DNA of 64,000 bases from Vicugna vicugna (Eukaryota): positions 434,001 to 498,000 of the forward strand of contig MU059441.1 in NCBI GenBank assembly GCA_013265495.1, read 5' to 3'. Each line of letters starts with the position of its first letter. Position 1 is the stretch's first letter. The translations under genes and the position numbers were made by a program. The notes under the pieces are model-generated. The model made no database searches, was not told where the DNA came from, and saw only the letters and a program-made list of their open reading frames with translations. Of this stretch, positions 10,610 through 21,942 are shown in pieces.

Positions 10610-12340
10610 TAGTCCTGGGAGCTCTACCCATGCAGTCAAGAAAGAGCAAATAGATGAGAAAAAGCAGAGATAAAAAGCAGTGTCTCTTTGTGGATGTGCC
10701 TGTCTAAGCAGAAAACCTGAGGCGTTAACTCAGCAGCTCCTGGGTTAGCAAGGCCACAGGAGACACGCACAGGCCGCCGCGCGGAGTCGGTCTTCGTTCT
10801 GCTTCCTAGCAGCGAACGCCCGGAGACCAAGACTTAAAGCACAACGCCCCTGAGCGCAGCTCCCTCCACAGCACACGTGCACACATGCACACGCACAAAC
10901 CCCACACACGAGACGTATGTAAATCTGACAACCACGCACAGGCTGGGTTTGCTGAGAACTTCAAGATATTGATAAAATACATCCAAGGTGATTTTCACAT
11001 TTAAAGAGACATACTGTGTTCACGAGGCGGAAGACCTAACATTGTGAAGACCCCAGCTCTCCCCGAAATGCTCTGTAAGCTTAATGCGATTCCTGTCAGA
11101 CTCTCAGCTGAACTTCTTGCAGACACGGGCAAACTCATTCTAAAGTGTCTGTGGAAATGCACAGCACATCGAAGAGCTGAAGCAGTTCTGAGAAAGAGTA
11201 AGTTGAGGGAACCAAAGTGTCCAGCTGCAGGACTGGCCATGCAGGTAAAGTGACCAGGATGGAGGCGTACGGGCGACGAGTAACCACACGGATTGACAGA
11301 CTGAGGACAGTCTGGAGAGAGACCCACACAGATGTGGTCAACTGACTTCTGACTAATGCTCAAAAGCAGTTTGATAAAGAAAGATCATCTTTGCAACAGG
11401 GTTACGAGAAATGAGCGCAAACTCAACCTCGTTCCTCATACAAACATGAACTCAAAATGTTGCAGACCTAAATGTAAAATGAAAAGCCAGGCAGCTTTTC
11501 AAAGAAAATGAAGGAGGAGACTCTTCATGGGCCAGGGTTAGGCGAAGGGCTCTGAAAAACGACACTGAACGCGTGATCCCTGGGAGAGCAGCTGGCAGAC
11601 TGGGCTTCGTGCGGGTGGAAGCTCTGTTCCCAGAGACACTGACAGGGCAGGGCTTTGGGGGGCGGGGCGTGCACGTCCCACGCCGCACAGACAGAGAGGC
11701 CGCGCTTAGGAGGCACAGGGCTCTGCACAGGGAGGGAGCAGTCCGGCTGGGGGACGGGTGGAAGGCGGACGGGCGCGTCCCAGAGCGGGGCTGCAGATGC
11801 CCAGCGAGCCAGGAGAAGTGGTCTCAGCGGCGCCGGGGCAAGTGCAGGTTACGGGCCAGCAAGCTGCCCCTTCGCGTCTGCTGGGACGGCTGATGACTCC
11901 ACACGCTGGCGTTCTTTCACTTCAGGTACTCCAGCACCACATGAGGAAGGGTGCTCGGGAGCTGGCTCGCTCACCCTGTGCTGTGAGGAGCGGGAGACGG
12001 CACAGCCACTCTGCACAGCAGTTTGCAGCGTCTCGTAACGTTAGCATACGCTCACCGAGAGCCCCAGCAGCCCCCTCCCGTGTGTTTGTGGTGGAGAAGT
12101 GAAAGGTTTGCACAGAAACTGTGCATATAAGTGCACAGACAGCGGCTGTATTTGTAGCAGCCAAAACTGGAAACAAGTGTCTTTCACACGGGTGGACAGC
12201 CTGACGCAACCGCACAGTGGGCTGCTGCTCAGCACAGAGCAGGACCGACTGTCTGTGCGCAACAGCAGTTTGGGCGGGCCTCAAGGGCGTCGTGCTGAAT
12301 GAAATTAAAGCCGATCTCAGAAGGTGGCGCCTGTGTGACC
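10610..12340 (+). mobile_element. L1MB-like ORF2 3' half and 3' UTR relic, sense, strongly GC-shifted
   Basis: ORF 11044-11253 (LCKLNAIPVRLSAELLADTGKLILKCLWK) resembles L1 ORF2 (IYRFNAIPIKIP..FF..LEKLILKFIWK). 3' UTR-like text gtagcagccaaaactggaaacaa.. and gtgctgaatgaaattaaagcc follows. Confidence 0.8.
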
Positions 12341-12953
12341 CTGACACAGTGGCCTCCCCCCTGCCGTGTGACCCACGGACACAAGGGTCTCCCCTCCATG
12401 TGACCCCCTGACACAGCAGCCTCCCCCCATGTGACCCCTGACACAGTGGCCTCCCCTCCGCCGTGTGACGCACGGACACAATGGTCTCCCACCCTGTGTG
12501 ACCCACGGACACAGCGGCCTCCCTCCCTATGTGACCCATGGACACAGGGGTCTCCCACCCTATGTGACCTACAGACACAATGGTCTCCCACCCTGTGTGA
12601 CCCACGGACACAGCGGCCTCCCTCCCCATATGACCCACGGACACAGGGGTCTCCCCACCCTGTGTGACCCACGGACACAGGGGTCTCCCCGCCCCGTGTG
12701 ACCCACGGACACAGCGATGGTCTCCCCGCCCCATGTGACCCACGGACACAGGGGTCTCCCCGCCCCGTGTGACCCACGGACACAGCGGCCTCCCCGCCCT
12801 GTGTGACCCACGGACACAGGGGTCTCCCACCCTATGTGACCTACAGACACAATGGTCTCCCACCCTGTGTGACCCACGGACACAGCGGCCTCCCTCCCTA
12901 TGTGACCCACGGACACAGCGGCCTCCCTCCCCATGTGACCCACGCCCACAGCG
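12332..12953. repeat. GC-rich minisatellite, 19 copies of a ~33-bp unit (TGTGACCCACGGACACAGSGGYCTCCCYNCCCYR)
   Basis: TGTGAC/TATGAC anchors at 12334, 12367, 12399, 12430, 12464, 12497, 12530, 12563, 12596, 12629, 12663, 12697, 12734, 12768, 12802, 12835, 12868, 12901 and 12934. Confidence 0.95.
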
Positions 12954-13789
12954 GCACAGCCTCTGGGTGTGCTGTCTGCCCCACGGTGGGCACAGGCCCT
13001 GGCCCCCCGACTGAGCGATAGGACATGACTCTGGGTTATACTGAGGGCCCAGTGGCCCCCAGGGCCCCTTCAGAGCAGAAGAGAGAATGGGAGATTCGGA
13101 GCCCGAGGAGGCCGGGGCTCCGCTGCTGGGGTGAAGGAGGAGGGGCCCCGTGGGCACGAGGAAGGAGCCGGTTCTGCCCCCTCCAGAGCCTGGGAGCAGG
13201 TTCCTGCCGAGCCCCCGGTGGACCCTGCCCCGCAGAGCCCTGGCGGTGCCCGTCCTGGGCCGCACAGTGCGTGGCGAGCTGCTCCAGCAGGAACAGAAAG
13301 CTGATGGGCTAACACAGACAAGTTTCCAGCCTGGGTGCTTCGGGGACTCCCGGTGACATCTGGGACAGCACCGTTTGCCACACGCAGGGGAGAACCACCA
13401 GCGCCTCACGGGTCCAGGCCGGGGCTGCTAACCATCACCCAGTGCACAGGGCACGCCCCTCCCCAGAAGGGTGCCCCGTGCCCACAGGCACCGTGCTGAG
13501 GCTGAGCAGCCCTGCGCTCGGCTCACTCAAGCTGTCGTTGCGGGGCGGGCTCGTGGGAGTCTCTGCAGTGCTTCTGCAACTTCTATGCAAGCCTAAAATT
13601 ATTTCAAAATCTAGAGGTTTTTAAAGTATGTGAACAGAATCACCAGGACAGGAGGAGGAGGCACAGCTCCTCCCAGCAGAAGCGGGTGAATAGGTGACGT
13701 GCTCGGGGGCCTCCAGCACGTTTGTGCCAAAGGGAGAGCGTCAACAGGGAGGAAAGGTTGCAAACAAGAGGGAGGACAGGGGCCTGTGG

Positions 13790-14030
13790 AAGCCCCAGGA
13801 AAGGCCTTTCCGAGCATCGCGGTGTCGCCGACTCTTCGCTTGGTGTCCCCGGGCACTGCGCTCTTGAGTGCGACTTGTCTGGGGTGGGCTTCGTGAGGTT
13901 CGTCCTGTTCGGGATTCTCTCAGCTTTATGGGGTTTTCCCCACCAACTTTGAAAAGTTGTAAATCATGATTTCTGCAAGTGTTTTTCTGTATCACCCTTC
14001 TTTCTTTCTGGGACTCTAGCAGTTGTACTT
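13790..14030 (-). mobile_element. Old L1M/HAL1-like fragment, antisense
   Basis: ccaactttgaaaagttgtaaatcatgatttctgcaagtgtttttctg..ttctgggactc resembles antisense L1M ORF1-region text. Confidence 0.45.
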
Positions 14031-17000
14031 CATGTGTGTTTTTTCCCCCAATTTTTGTTCTAAACAGTATTTTTAAAAGGTATAATTTTAAAACTTTTTC
14101 ATGGGAATGACTTGAAAGGATAAAGTTTATAATGTCTAAACGTTTCCTGAGAGAATTACTTGAGGAAGCACTCCAGCAAAGTAAGTAATGAACCCACTAA
14201 AAAATAAAACGGGGATAAAGGTGGTGGCGACACTTTGATAGACAATGTAAACTTACATGCACAGTGTGCGCACACGCACATGCACACACACATAAAAGAC
14301 GTGGTGATGCTGTAGCAGGCAGTGTAAACTTACCTGCACAGTGCACACGCACACACACGTGCTTGGACAGGGGGCCGTCCCTTCTGCCTTCGCTGTGCCG
14401 CGAGCTCCTGCAGCTCTTCGCCTTCCTCTCCGCGGCTGTGCCCGCCGCCACAGCCCTCGTGTTGTTTGGCTGTGCTCACCATTGGTGTCCCAGCTGCATC
14501 CTGGAAGAGGGGCGTTGTCCCGCCAACCTCTGACGGTCGGCCCCTGGCACAGCGCGGGGAGAGTTAGACGGCAGCCAGCATTTGTCCCGGTCTGTGAAGG
14601 TGTGGAGAGCAGGAGCATCGGGGGCGACATGGTCGCTGACGCGCCTGGCCCCTCTGGTCCTCGTGTCAGTGTTATTTTTCAGCTGAAGAACTTCTGGTCC
14701 TTTTTAGCTCCAGAGAGGTGTGCCCGTCCTGGGGGCTGAGGGCTGGCCCCACGGCGACCCTTGGCTGTGTGCCCACTCACCGGGAGCTCCCGGGCTGGCA
14801 GCGCCGAGCACGGGGACCTCACTGTGAGCCCCTCTTCTGCGGTTCGCGAGCCACCTTCCCTGGAACAGGTCCTGCCTCTGCCTCCATTTCCTCCTGCGCG
14901 GGACCGCCCAGCACCCTGCCTAGGCTCATGCGTTAGAAGCACTAACCAAGAATGCGCACACACAGCACTTGGCGGGTGTTGGGCGTTCACTGCATTCTCT
15001 TCCCTTTTCTTTCCAGCTGTGTTTCAGAAAGCTGGAGAGTTTCCCTTTCTGGCTGGGTTAAGTTTGCCCATCTCTTGGGAGTGTTCTCCAGAGCACTAGA
15101 GCACAGGGGCAGAGAGCAACGGTTAACCCTTGAAGGTCCTGCTCCACTCCCGGAGCGCAGGGTTGTCAGATTTTATTTCTGGCTTGGCTTTTTGGAAAGG
15201 AAAGTTCTTTCTCAGGCAGAGGCCGTGGGTTTTTGTTTGATGTCATCTCATCACATGAGCGAGGAGACGAGCCCCTCGAAGGCTGAATGCTGGTTCCCTG
15301 GCTCCCGAGGAGAGTGGCTTTCCCACAGCCAGGCCCGGGCTCTGTCGGGCTGGTCCCGCTTCTCTGCGTGCAGAGGGGACGTCCTTAGGGATGTCGGGGT
15401 GGTTTCGCGGCCTGGTGCTTCATGTCCAGGCAGGCGTGTGGGTGGTGGGGAGCAGGTGGGGCTCCCCAGGATGGGGCCACCGTGCCCTGCTGTGTCTGCA
15501 GGCGGTGCTCTTCCCCGCAGGTCCCGCTCCTGGGCACGTGTCCTGATGGAATGCTTGTCATCTTCTGGGGACCCCTCGTCGGGAGGCCTGAGTGTCCAGA
15601 GAGGACGTTTCCTCTAGCGAATCAGACCACTCTTGTGCCCTGGGCTGTCTGTGGTCCCTGGTCCTCACCGTCGGCTGGAAAAGGCCTCTGGGGACCGGCA
15701 CGTGCAGGCCTCCTTGTGCGGGGCCGCCCATCCCGCCACGGGGCTTTGATCTGGGCCCCGGGGGAGGCGCGGCCCTCCCCAGGCTTTCTGCCGTCCTGTT
15801 CCAAGGCCTCCCTGGCCTTGCTGCTTTTCAGAGGCTCAGAGGCTTGGGCAAGCAAGCTGCCCCTGGTGGCAGCAGGTGGACTGGCCTGTGCCCTGCGTCT
15901 CCCAGACTGCAGATGGGGATGGACAGGGAGACAGCTGTCCACCTGGGCCCGGGAAGAGTTCTCGCTGCTTCCAGGGGAAGGCCCCGGTTCTGGCTTCCTG
16001 AGCAGTGACTGCGGGGCACGCTGGGGAGGCGGAGCATGGGGGTCGTTGGGAGCAGGCGGTCGTGCGCCTGGGTCACACCGCCACAGCCTCCGCTCGGTTT
16101 CCCTGAAACGCTGAGAACAGCGAGGCTCCGCTGCGAGGCTGGCATCTCCCCAGCATGTCTGTTCCCGGGTGGCTGTTGCCTCGTGTCTGTGGCTGGAAAA
16201 CGCGGAGCGTGGGCTTGCTGGACTTTGTGGTTGCCCCTCCGGGTTCTTTCTGTAAATGGACTCTTAAACACAGAAGGGACTCGGGCTTTAAAAAGGCCCA
16301 CGCGTTCATCAGAAAGTGTCAGATCCCCAGACTCGCTCAGGATGAAGTGATGGAAGGTGCTGCCCCCACCCCCAGCCCCTCGGAGGAGCACGGATGGTGG
16401 GGGGATCGTCCCTGGAATTCACACCCCCTCCGCACACCTTCTGCGCAGGCCCTTGGCTGTGGGAGGTGGGGGCTCTGAGCGGGCGGGCGGCTGCTTTGGG
16501 GCGGTGTTCTGTGGGGTAGGGGGTGCTGGGAGATGGGGTCTTGCCGGCTGTGCTGTGTGCTGCTGATGTGCGTTTAAAAAGGTTCTGTCTCCTTTAAAAA
16601 CAAGACGGTCAGTTTTGCTTTGCGTTTCAAAGCACAGAATTATGAGGTGGGGGACAACTGAGTGTCAGGCTGGCACTCTCGGGAGACTGGCTCAGAGGTG
16701 AGGGCTCCCTGCCTGAGCACCGAGGGTGCGGGGGTCTCCACGCTGGGCAGGTGAGGCTGTGAGCAGCTGTGCCTCCGTGACCATCTGTCACAGGTGAAGT
16801 GTCACACACAGGAGCCTGTGAACCCCCATGGTTCTAAAAGCAGCAGAAAGTGGCTCCCGGACGGGGCCCTGGCCCTGGAGGGTCTGCGCTGGGCCCTCCT
16901 GCCTCAGGTCCCACCAGCACTTGATCTGGAAACTGAACTGGCCCTTCCCAGGGGAAGGCTCCACAGCCTGAAGCTGCCTCTTCTCCCGGCTGCTGTCCCC

Positions 17001-17959
17001 GATGTCCTCCGTCCTCTGGGCAGCTCAGCCTATGTGCTGGGGGTGGCGGGGCCCCGCCGAGTCCCCTCGGTCCTCCCGGGTCTGGCCCTCGGTCCGCCGG
17101 CCTCTCTCGGGTGGGAGGCCCTCTCGTTCTGGGTGGCAGCTGCCAGTCCCTGCACCGTGCTGGTCTCGTTTCTCGGGGACTCAGGCTGGGCCACCCCAGG
17201 TCTGTGTTCCGGGGGTGATGAGTCTGCGTCACCCAGACTGAAACACAGCGTGTATGCGCCTTTTGGGTTACGCCTCGGGCACTGGCTCCCGTGCCCTGAG
17301 CGTCCCCCAGGTTGGCAGGAAGCTTCAGGCCTCGGAGCCGCCCCTTCCAGGGGCGTCCTGCGCTCCTTGCCGGGGACACAAGCTCCGTGGGGGCGGAGGC
17401 CCCGTCGAGTCTAGCTTTGTCCAGGAACGCGGTGGGGACTGGAGAAACGAAAGGAAACAGGCCTGGAGTGTGTGGTGCTGGGAGCTGTAGACGCCTTGGT
17501 CAGGGAGAGAGGCTGCGGGGTCCAAACCGGGGGGACAGGGCAGGAGGTGCCGGGACAGGATGGTGGCCTCTGTCCCAAAGGTGACCTGTGTTTGTGGTCA
17601 GGTCGTGTCTCTGATAGAATGTGGATCTGTGTTACTGTGGGAAACCAGACGGAGTGTGCAGGGAAGGACCTGCCCAGCAGGACGGGATGGGACAGGACGG
17701 GACAAGACGGGACTGGCGGAGGTGGCCTGCTCGTCCCCACCCCTGAATCCAGGGTCCCTGCAGCAGCCGTCCCCAGGCTCCCCAGCCTCTCGTGTGCTGG
17801 GCTGTGCCTGACCCCCAGCTAGGGACCATTCTTCTTCGGGGCCAGGAGGTCAGGGAGAAAGTCAGAAGACGGAGGAGAGAAAGAAGACAGTGAGCGCCCG
17901 GACTCCACACCCTGGAGAGAAGGGAGTCCGGTGACCCCCGGGTCGCACTTCACACGCCG

Positions 17960-19100
17960 CGTCGCAGACAGTCTCTTTGATTTACAAACACTTGTGGATG
18001 TTTTTCGTCAACACCTATGGGTCTACACCTTCTTTTTAAAAGAGGCATACAGTTTCATAAGTGAACACGAGTGATTTGTTTAACCAATTTCCTATTAATG
18101 CATTTAATTTATTTCCAGTTTAAAATCAACACTGTGCAAAACATACATCTATGTCTTAGCGCCTTTTGTCCATTATTTCCTTTCAGTTAAATTCCTAAAA
18201 GTAGCGCGGCTTAGTCAAATCATGTGTATATTTTAAACTGTCATGTACATTTGCAGATTATTCTCTAAGAACCATCTCTAGAAAAGTAGTTACTTTGTGT
18301 GTGTGTGTGTGTGATGTGCAATTTTTCTAGTAATTTTGCGGTTTTATTGTTGACTTCTGAGTCTTCAGTTTCCTTGGAAGTTACCTGAGTGGACGCCCTG
18401 AGGTAGGTGGCCAGTGTTTTCCCTCAAGTGGGTCAGCAGCTGTGCGGGTATCGTTTCCCGTGAAGACGTCCGTGCTCAGCTGGTGTGCTGATTTGATTTG
18501 AGCCTCTTTCCTTTCACAAGTGCGGTGCTTCACGGAGGTGCTGCCTCTGTTTCTTGGCTTTTTATCCACGTCACCTGCTACGCACCTTGAATGTATTTCT
18601 GCTAAGATGCTTCGGTTTCAGAATTTGAAGGTCCAGTAAGTGCGACAGTCACATGGGTGAAAATCCAGGGCGTACAGAGTGACCACAGTGAGAGTGCCCC
18701 CGTGGCTGCCCCCCCCAGCCCCACCTTTCTTGCAGGGTCGTCTCCGCTGCTGATTCCTCGTGTGTCTGTCCAGACGTCTAAGTGCACATTCGAGCAAACA
18801 TGGAAGGGCATCGATTCCCACCCTTTTCACACGTGGCAGCATACAGTGCTCGACTTGGTGTTCTCTTGGAGGCCTGAGCTGCCTTAATCCCCGGGCTCTG
18901 TCATACATACCAGTATCTGTTAGGAGGAAGCCTGCCCCATTCTGTCCTAAGATTTCATCACCATTCTTGCACATTTATTTTCTCTGTTAAGTTCCAGAAT
19001 CAGTTTTTCAAGTTGACAAGAGCCTCCTTAACCACAATTTAATTCGGGGAAGGTTGGCGTTTTCCAACACTGAATCCTTTAACCGTCTCTGGACAGAAGC
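17960..19100 (-). mobile_element. L1ME-like relic, antisense
   Basis: Contains gatttgtttaaccaatttcctattaatg, taaattcctaaaagtag and ccagaatcagtttttcaagttg, all decayed antisense L1 motifs. Confidence 0.55.
18296..18313. repeat. (TG)9 microsatellite
   Basis: Read directly from the sequence. Confidence 0.9.
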
Positions 19101-20842
19101 GGTCCCGTGAGGGACAGACCCCTCTCGCCTGCGGACTGTTCGTCCCCATCTGAGTGGCTCCTGGGTGCAGGGTCCGCTCAGCCAGGCTGGTGTAGGTCCC
19201 CTCCTGGAGCCTTCATGCTGGACGAACGTGGAAATAGCAGGTGGTTCAGGACATTGTCGGTGTTGCAGGGCTGGGTTTCCGTGGGGCCGGGCCGGGGAGT
19301 GGGGGCAGAGGCGGACTTCAGGCCGGAGGGCACAGCCTGGACAGAGCCCTGGACGTGAGGAGGAGGTGGACCAGCTTGAAGAGGCCAAGGTGCTCCATAG
19401 CACAGCGTGGGCAGGAGGGCAGGGAGGGGGGCTGGCCCAGCTGGGCAGCCTAGGGCGCAGGAGCCCGCACGGTGTCCAGGTCCCGGCGAGACTGCTGGGC
19501 GCCGCGACACACCTCCTCAAACTGGGCGGCTTCAGTGGAAATTCACTGTCTCGTGGCCTGGACCACAGTCCGCAGTCAAGGTGCTGGTCCAGTGAAGGCG
19601 CCCAGGGCGGTCCCAGCCCCCCCGCAGCCGGTCACACCTGCCATCTTCTCCCCACCACGTTGTCCCCTCTTAGAAGACACCAGCACTGTTGGATGGGGGT
19701 CCTCCCTGATGAGCTCACTCAACCTAATCACCCCTGCACAGACCCTGTCTCCAGTCAGGCTACGTTCTGAGGTCCTGGGTCGGGACTTGTGTTTTACACC
19801 GACACCGTTGGAGAGTGGCTGGTGTGGGGACAGACCTGTGGGAGGCGATGGCGGAGTGGCGGGGGCAGGAGGCGTGAGGACCGAGGGTGTGTGGGCGGCC
19901 CGAGGTAAACGACACGCTGGGCACAACACTGACCTCTGCTCCTTCCCCAAACCCAGTCAGGTGAGAGTGAGGACACCAGGAGAGGGGGGACGATGGCCAC
20001 AAAGCCGTGGGAGCCAGAAGGGGGGACGTGCGCTTAGGGGCAGCGGGGCCTCGGGCAGGGTCGAGAGCTCCGGGATCAGAGGGGCCCCGCCGCTGGGTGG
20101 GGGCAAGGATGGAGAACGGAAGGGCGTGGTCCGGGCCCGGGCCCCTCCACCTGGCCATGCGGCGGCACCTCCTGCCCCCACAGCAGGCACTCCGGGTCAC
20201 CACCCATAGAGACTGGAGTGGAGGGGCTCCTGGTGCAGGACAGCACGGGATGCCGGGACAAGATGAGACCTTCCCTGCTGCCCCGGGACAGTTGTGACCC
20301 TCTCGGGCGGGAGACGAAGGGCCCTCACCCTGTGAGCACTGGGCCTGGAGGTTCTGCAGTGCAGTGACTGGGTCGGTCCTTCGGGGGCTGAGCCTGAGGG
20401 TGGGGGTGCCTGCTCTGCGCTCTGTGCCCGGGGCCCACCGGTGGGGAGAGTGGCTTCCTCTCCACGCAATCACCTACCTGCCGCGCTCAGGGGATGCCGC
20501 CTGCCTGTTTAGTGACCAAAAGCCAGAAGGCAGCAGAGCCCTGTGGAAAGCAGCTGTGTTTTCTCCTGGCAGTCGGTGTCTTGGGGGCTTGCCAGAGAGA
20601 TTTTCCTCTGGCTTTTTTTTTTTAATGAAAAGCTTTCCTGGCAGATGTCTGGAAGCCACGTCTAGGGCATTGCCAACTACCAGGTAAAGGGCCTGGCTTC
20701 CTCCCGTCAGCTGACTGTGTGATTCCACATCTTTGCCGTCAGCTGAGGAGGCCAGCGTCCTGCCCGCCTCCCACGCTGTGCCCCGCACTGCGCTGTCTCT
20801 GGGCCTGGGGCTGCTGTTGGCCCGAGCATGCTGTTTCCTACT

Positions 20843-21942
20843 GGAAACACAGTCTGTCTCTTGGCTCAAGGTCAATGCCACCGGAAGGCCGGGGCGGGAA
20901 CCTGGCCGTGCTGCAGCCCCAGCCTTGGGCCATCACCTCGTCCTGGAGCCTCCCCTGCCGGGAAGGTGGCCTGAGGGGCCCAGCACTGTGTTAGGGCAGG
21001 TGAGCCGGCCCAGGGAGCTGGCTGGCAGTGGGGGTGTGTCTGTCCTCCTGTTTCTCTCGTGCAGCCCCTTCCCGACCCTCTGAGCCCCCATGAGATTGGG
21101 AGCCTGGCTGAGGAGCCTGGCCTGTCCCCTTACTGCGATGACCGTGGAGAGCATCGCCTGTGTCTCTGTGGACAGGTGCTTTGGGACCACGGACGCCTGT
21201 CCCCTGCAGAGCCTGGCCCAGCCTGTCACGGGCTCTGTGCTCCATGGGTGCCTGCCAAGGGCACGCGCGTCCCCTGGAGCGTCCACGTCAGCCTCGCAGA
21301 GGTGGCCGGTCCCCTCGGAGACGGCTGGCCCGCCTTTTGTTACGTTTATTACCTGCACTGATTGTGACTCTATTGTGAATGTAGTTTCTAGGAAACACAG
21401 TCTGTCTCTTGGCTCAAGGTCAGTGCCACCGGAAGGCCGGGGCGGGAACCTGGCCTGGCCGTGCTGCAGCCCCAGCCTTGGGCCATCACCTCGTCCTGGA
21501 GCCTCCCCTGCCGGGAAGGTGGCCTGAGGGGCCCAGCACTGTGTTAGGGCAGGTGAGCCGGCCCAGGGAGCTGGCTGGCAGTGGGGGTGTGTCTGTCCTC
21601 CTGTTTCTCTCGTGCAGCCCCTTCCCGACCCTCTGAGCCCCCATGAGATTGGGAGCCTGGCTGAGGAGCCTGGCCTGTCCCCTTACTGCGATGACCGTGG
21701 AGAGCATCGCCTGTGTCTCTGTGGACAGGTGCTTTGGGACCACGGACGCCTGTCCCCTGCAGAGCCTGGCCCAGCCTGTCACGGGCTCTGTGCTCCATGG
21801 GTGCCTGCCAAGGGCACGCGCGTCCCCTGGAGCGTCCACGTCAGCCTCGCAGAGGTGGCCAGTCCCCTCGGAGACGGCTGGCCCGCCTTTTGTTACGTTT
21901 ATTACCTGCACTGATTGTGACTCTATTGTGAATGTAGTTTCT
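20843..21942. repeat. Direct tandem duplication: copy 1 at 20843-21389 (547 bp) and copy 2 at 21391-21942 (552 bp), ~99% identical
   Basis: Both copies start ggaaacacagtctgtctcttggctcaagg and end attgtgaatgtagtttct. I saw three differences: gtcaatg versus gtcagtg, a 5-bp CTGGC gain in copy 2, and ggccggt versus ggccagt. Paired ORFs are offset by 553 (21059/21612, 21160/21713). Confidence 0.95.

Noticed and set aside
12332-12953. CRISPR-like appearance of the regular ~33-bp repeats
   Set aside because: Units abut with no unique spacers, there are no cas genes, and the context is a mammalian intron.
11922-13409. 495-aa minus-strand ORF with repeated VSVGHTG motifs
   Set aside because: It runs through the 33-bp (11-codon) minisatellite and GC-shifted L1, both poor in stop codons. 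It resembles no protein family I recognise.
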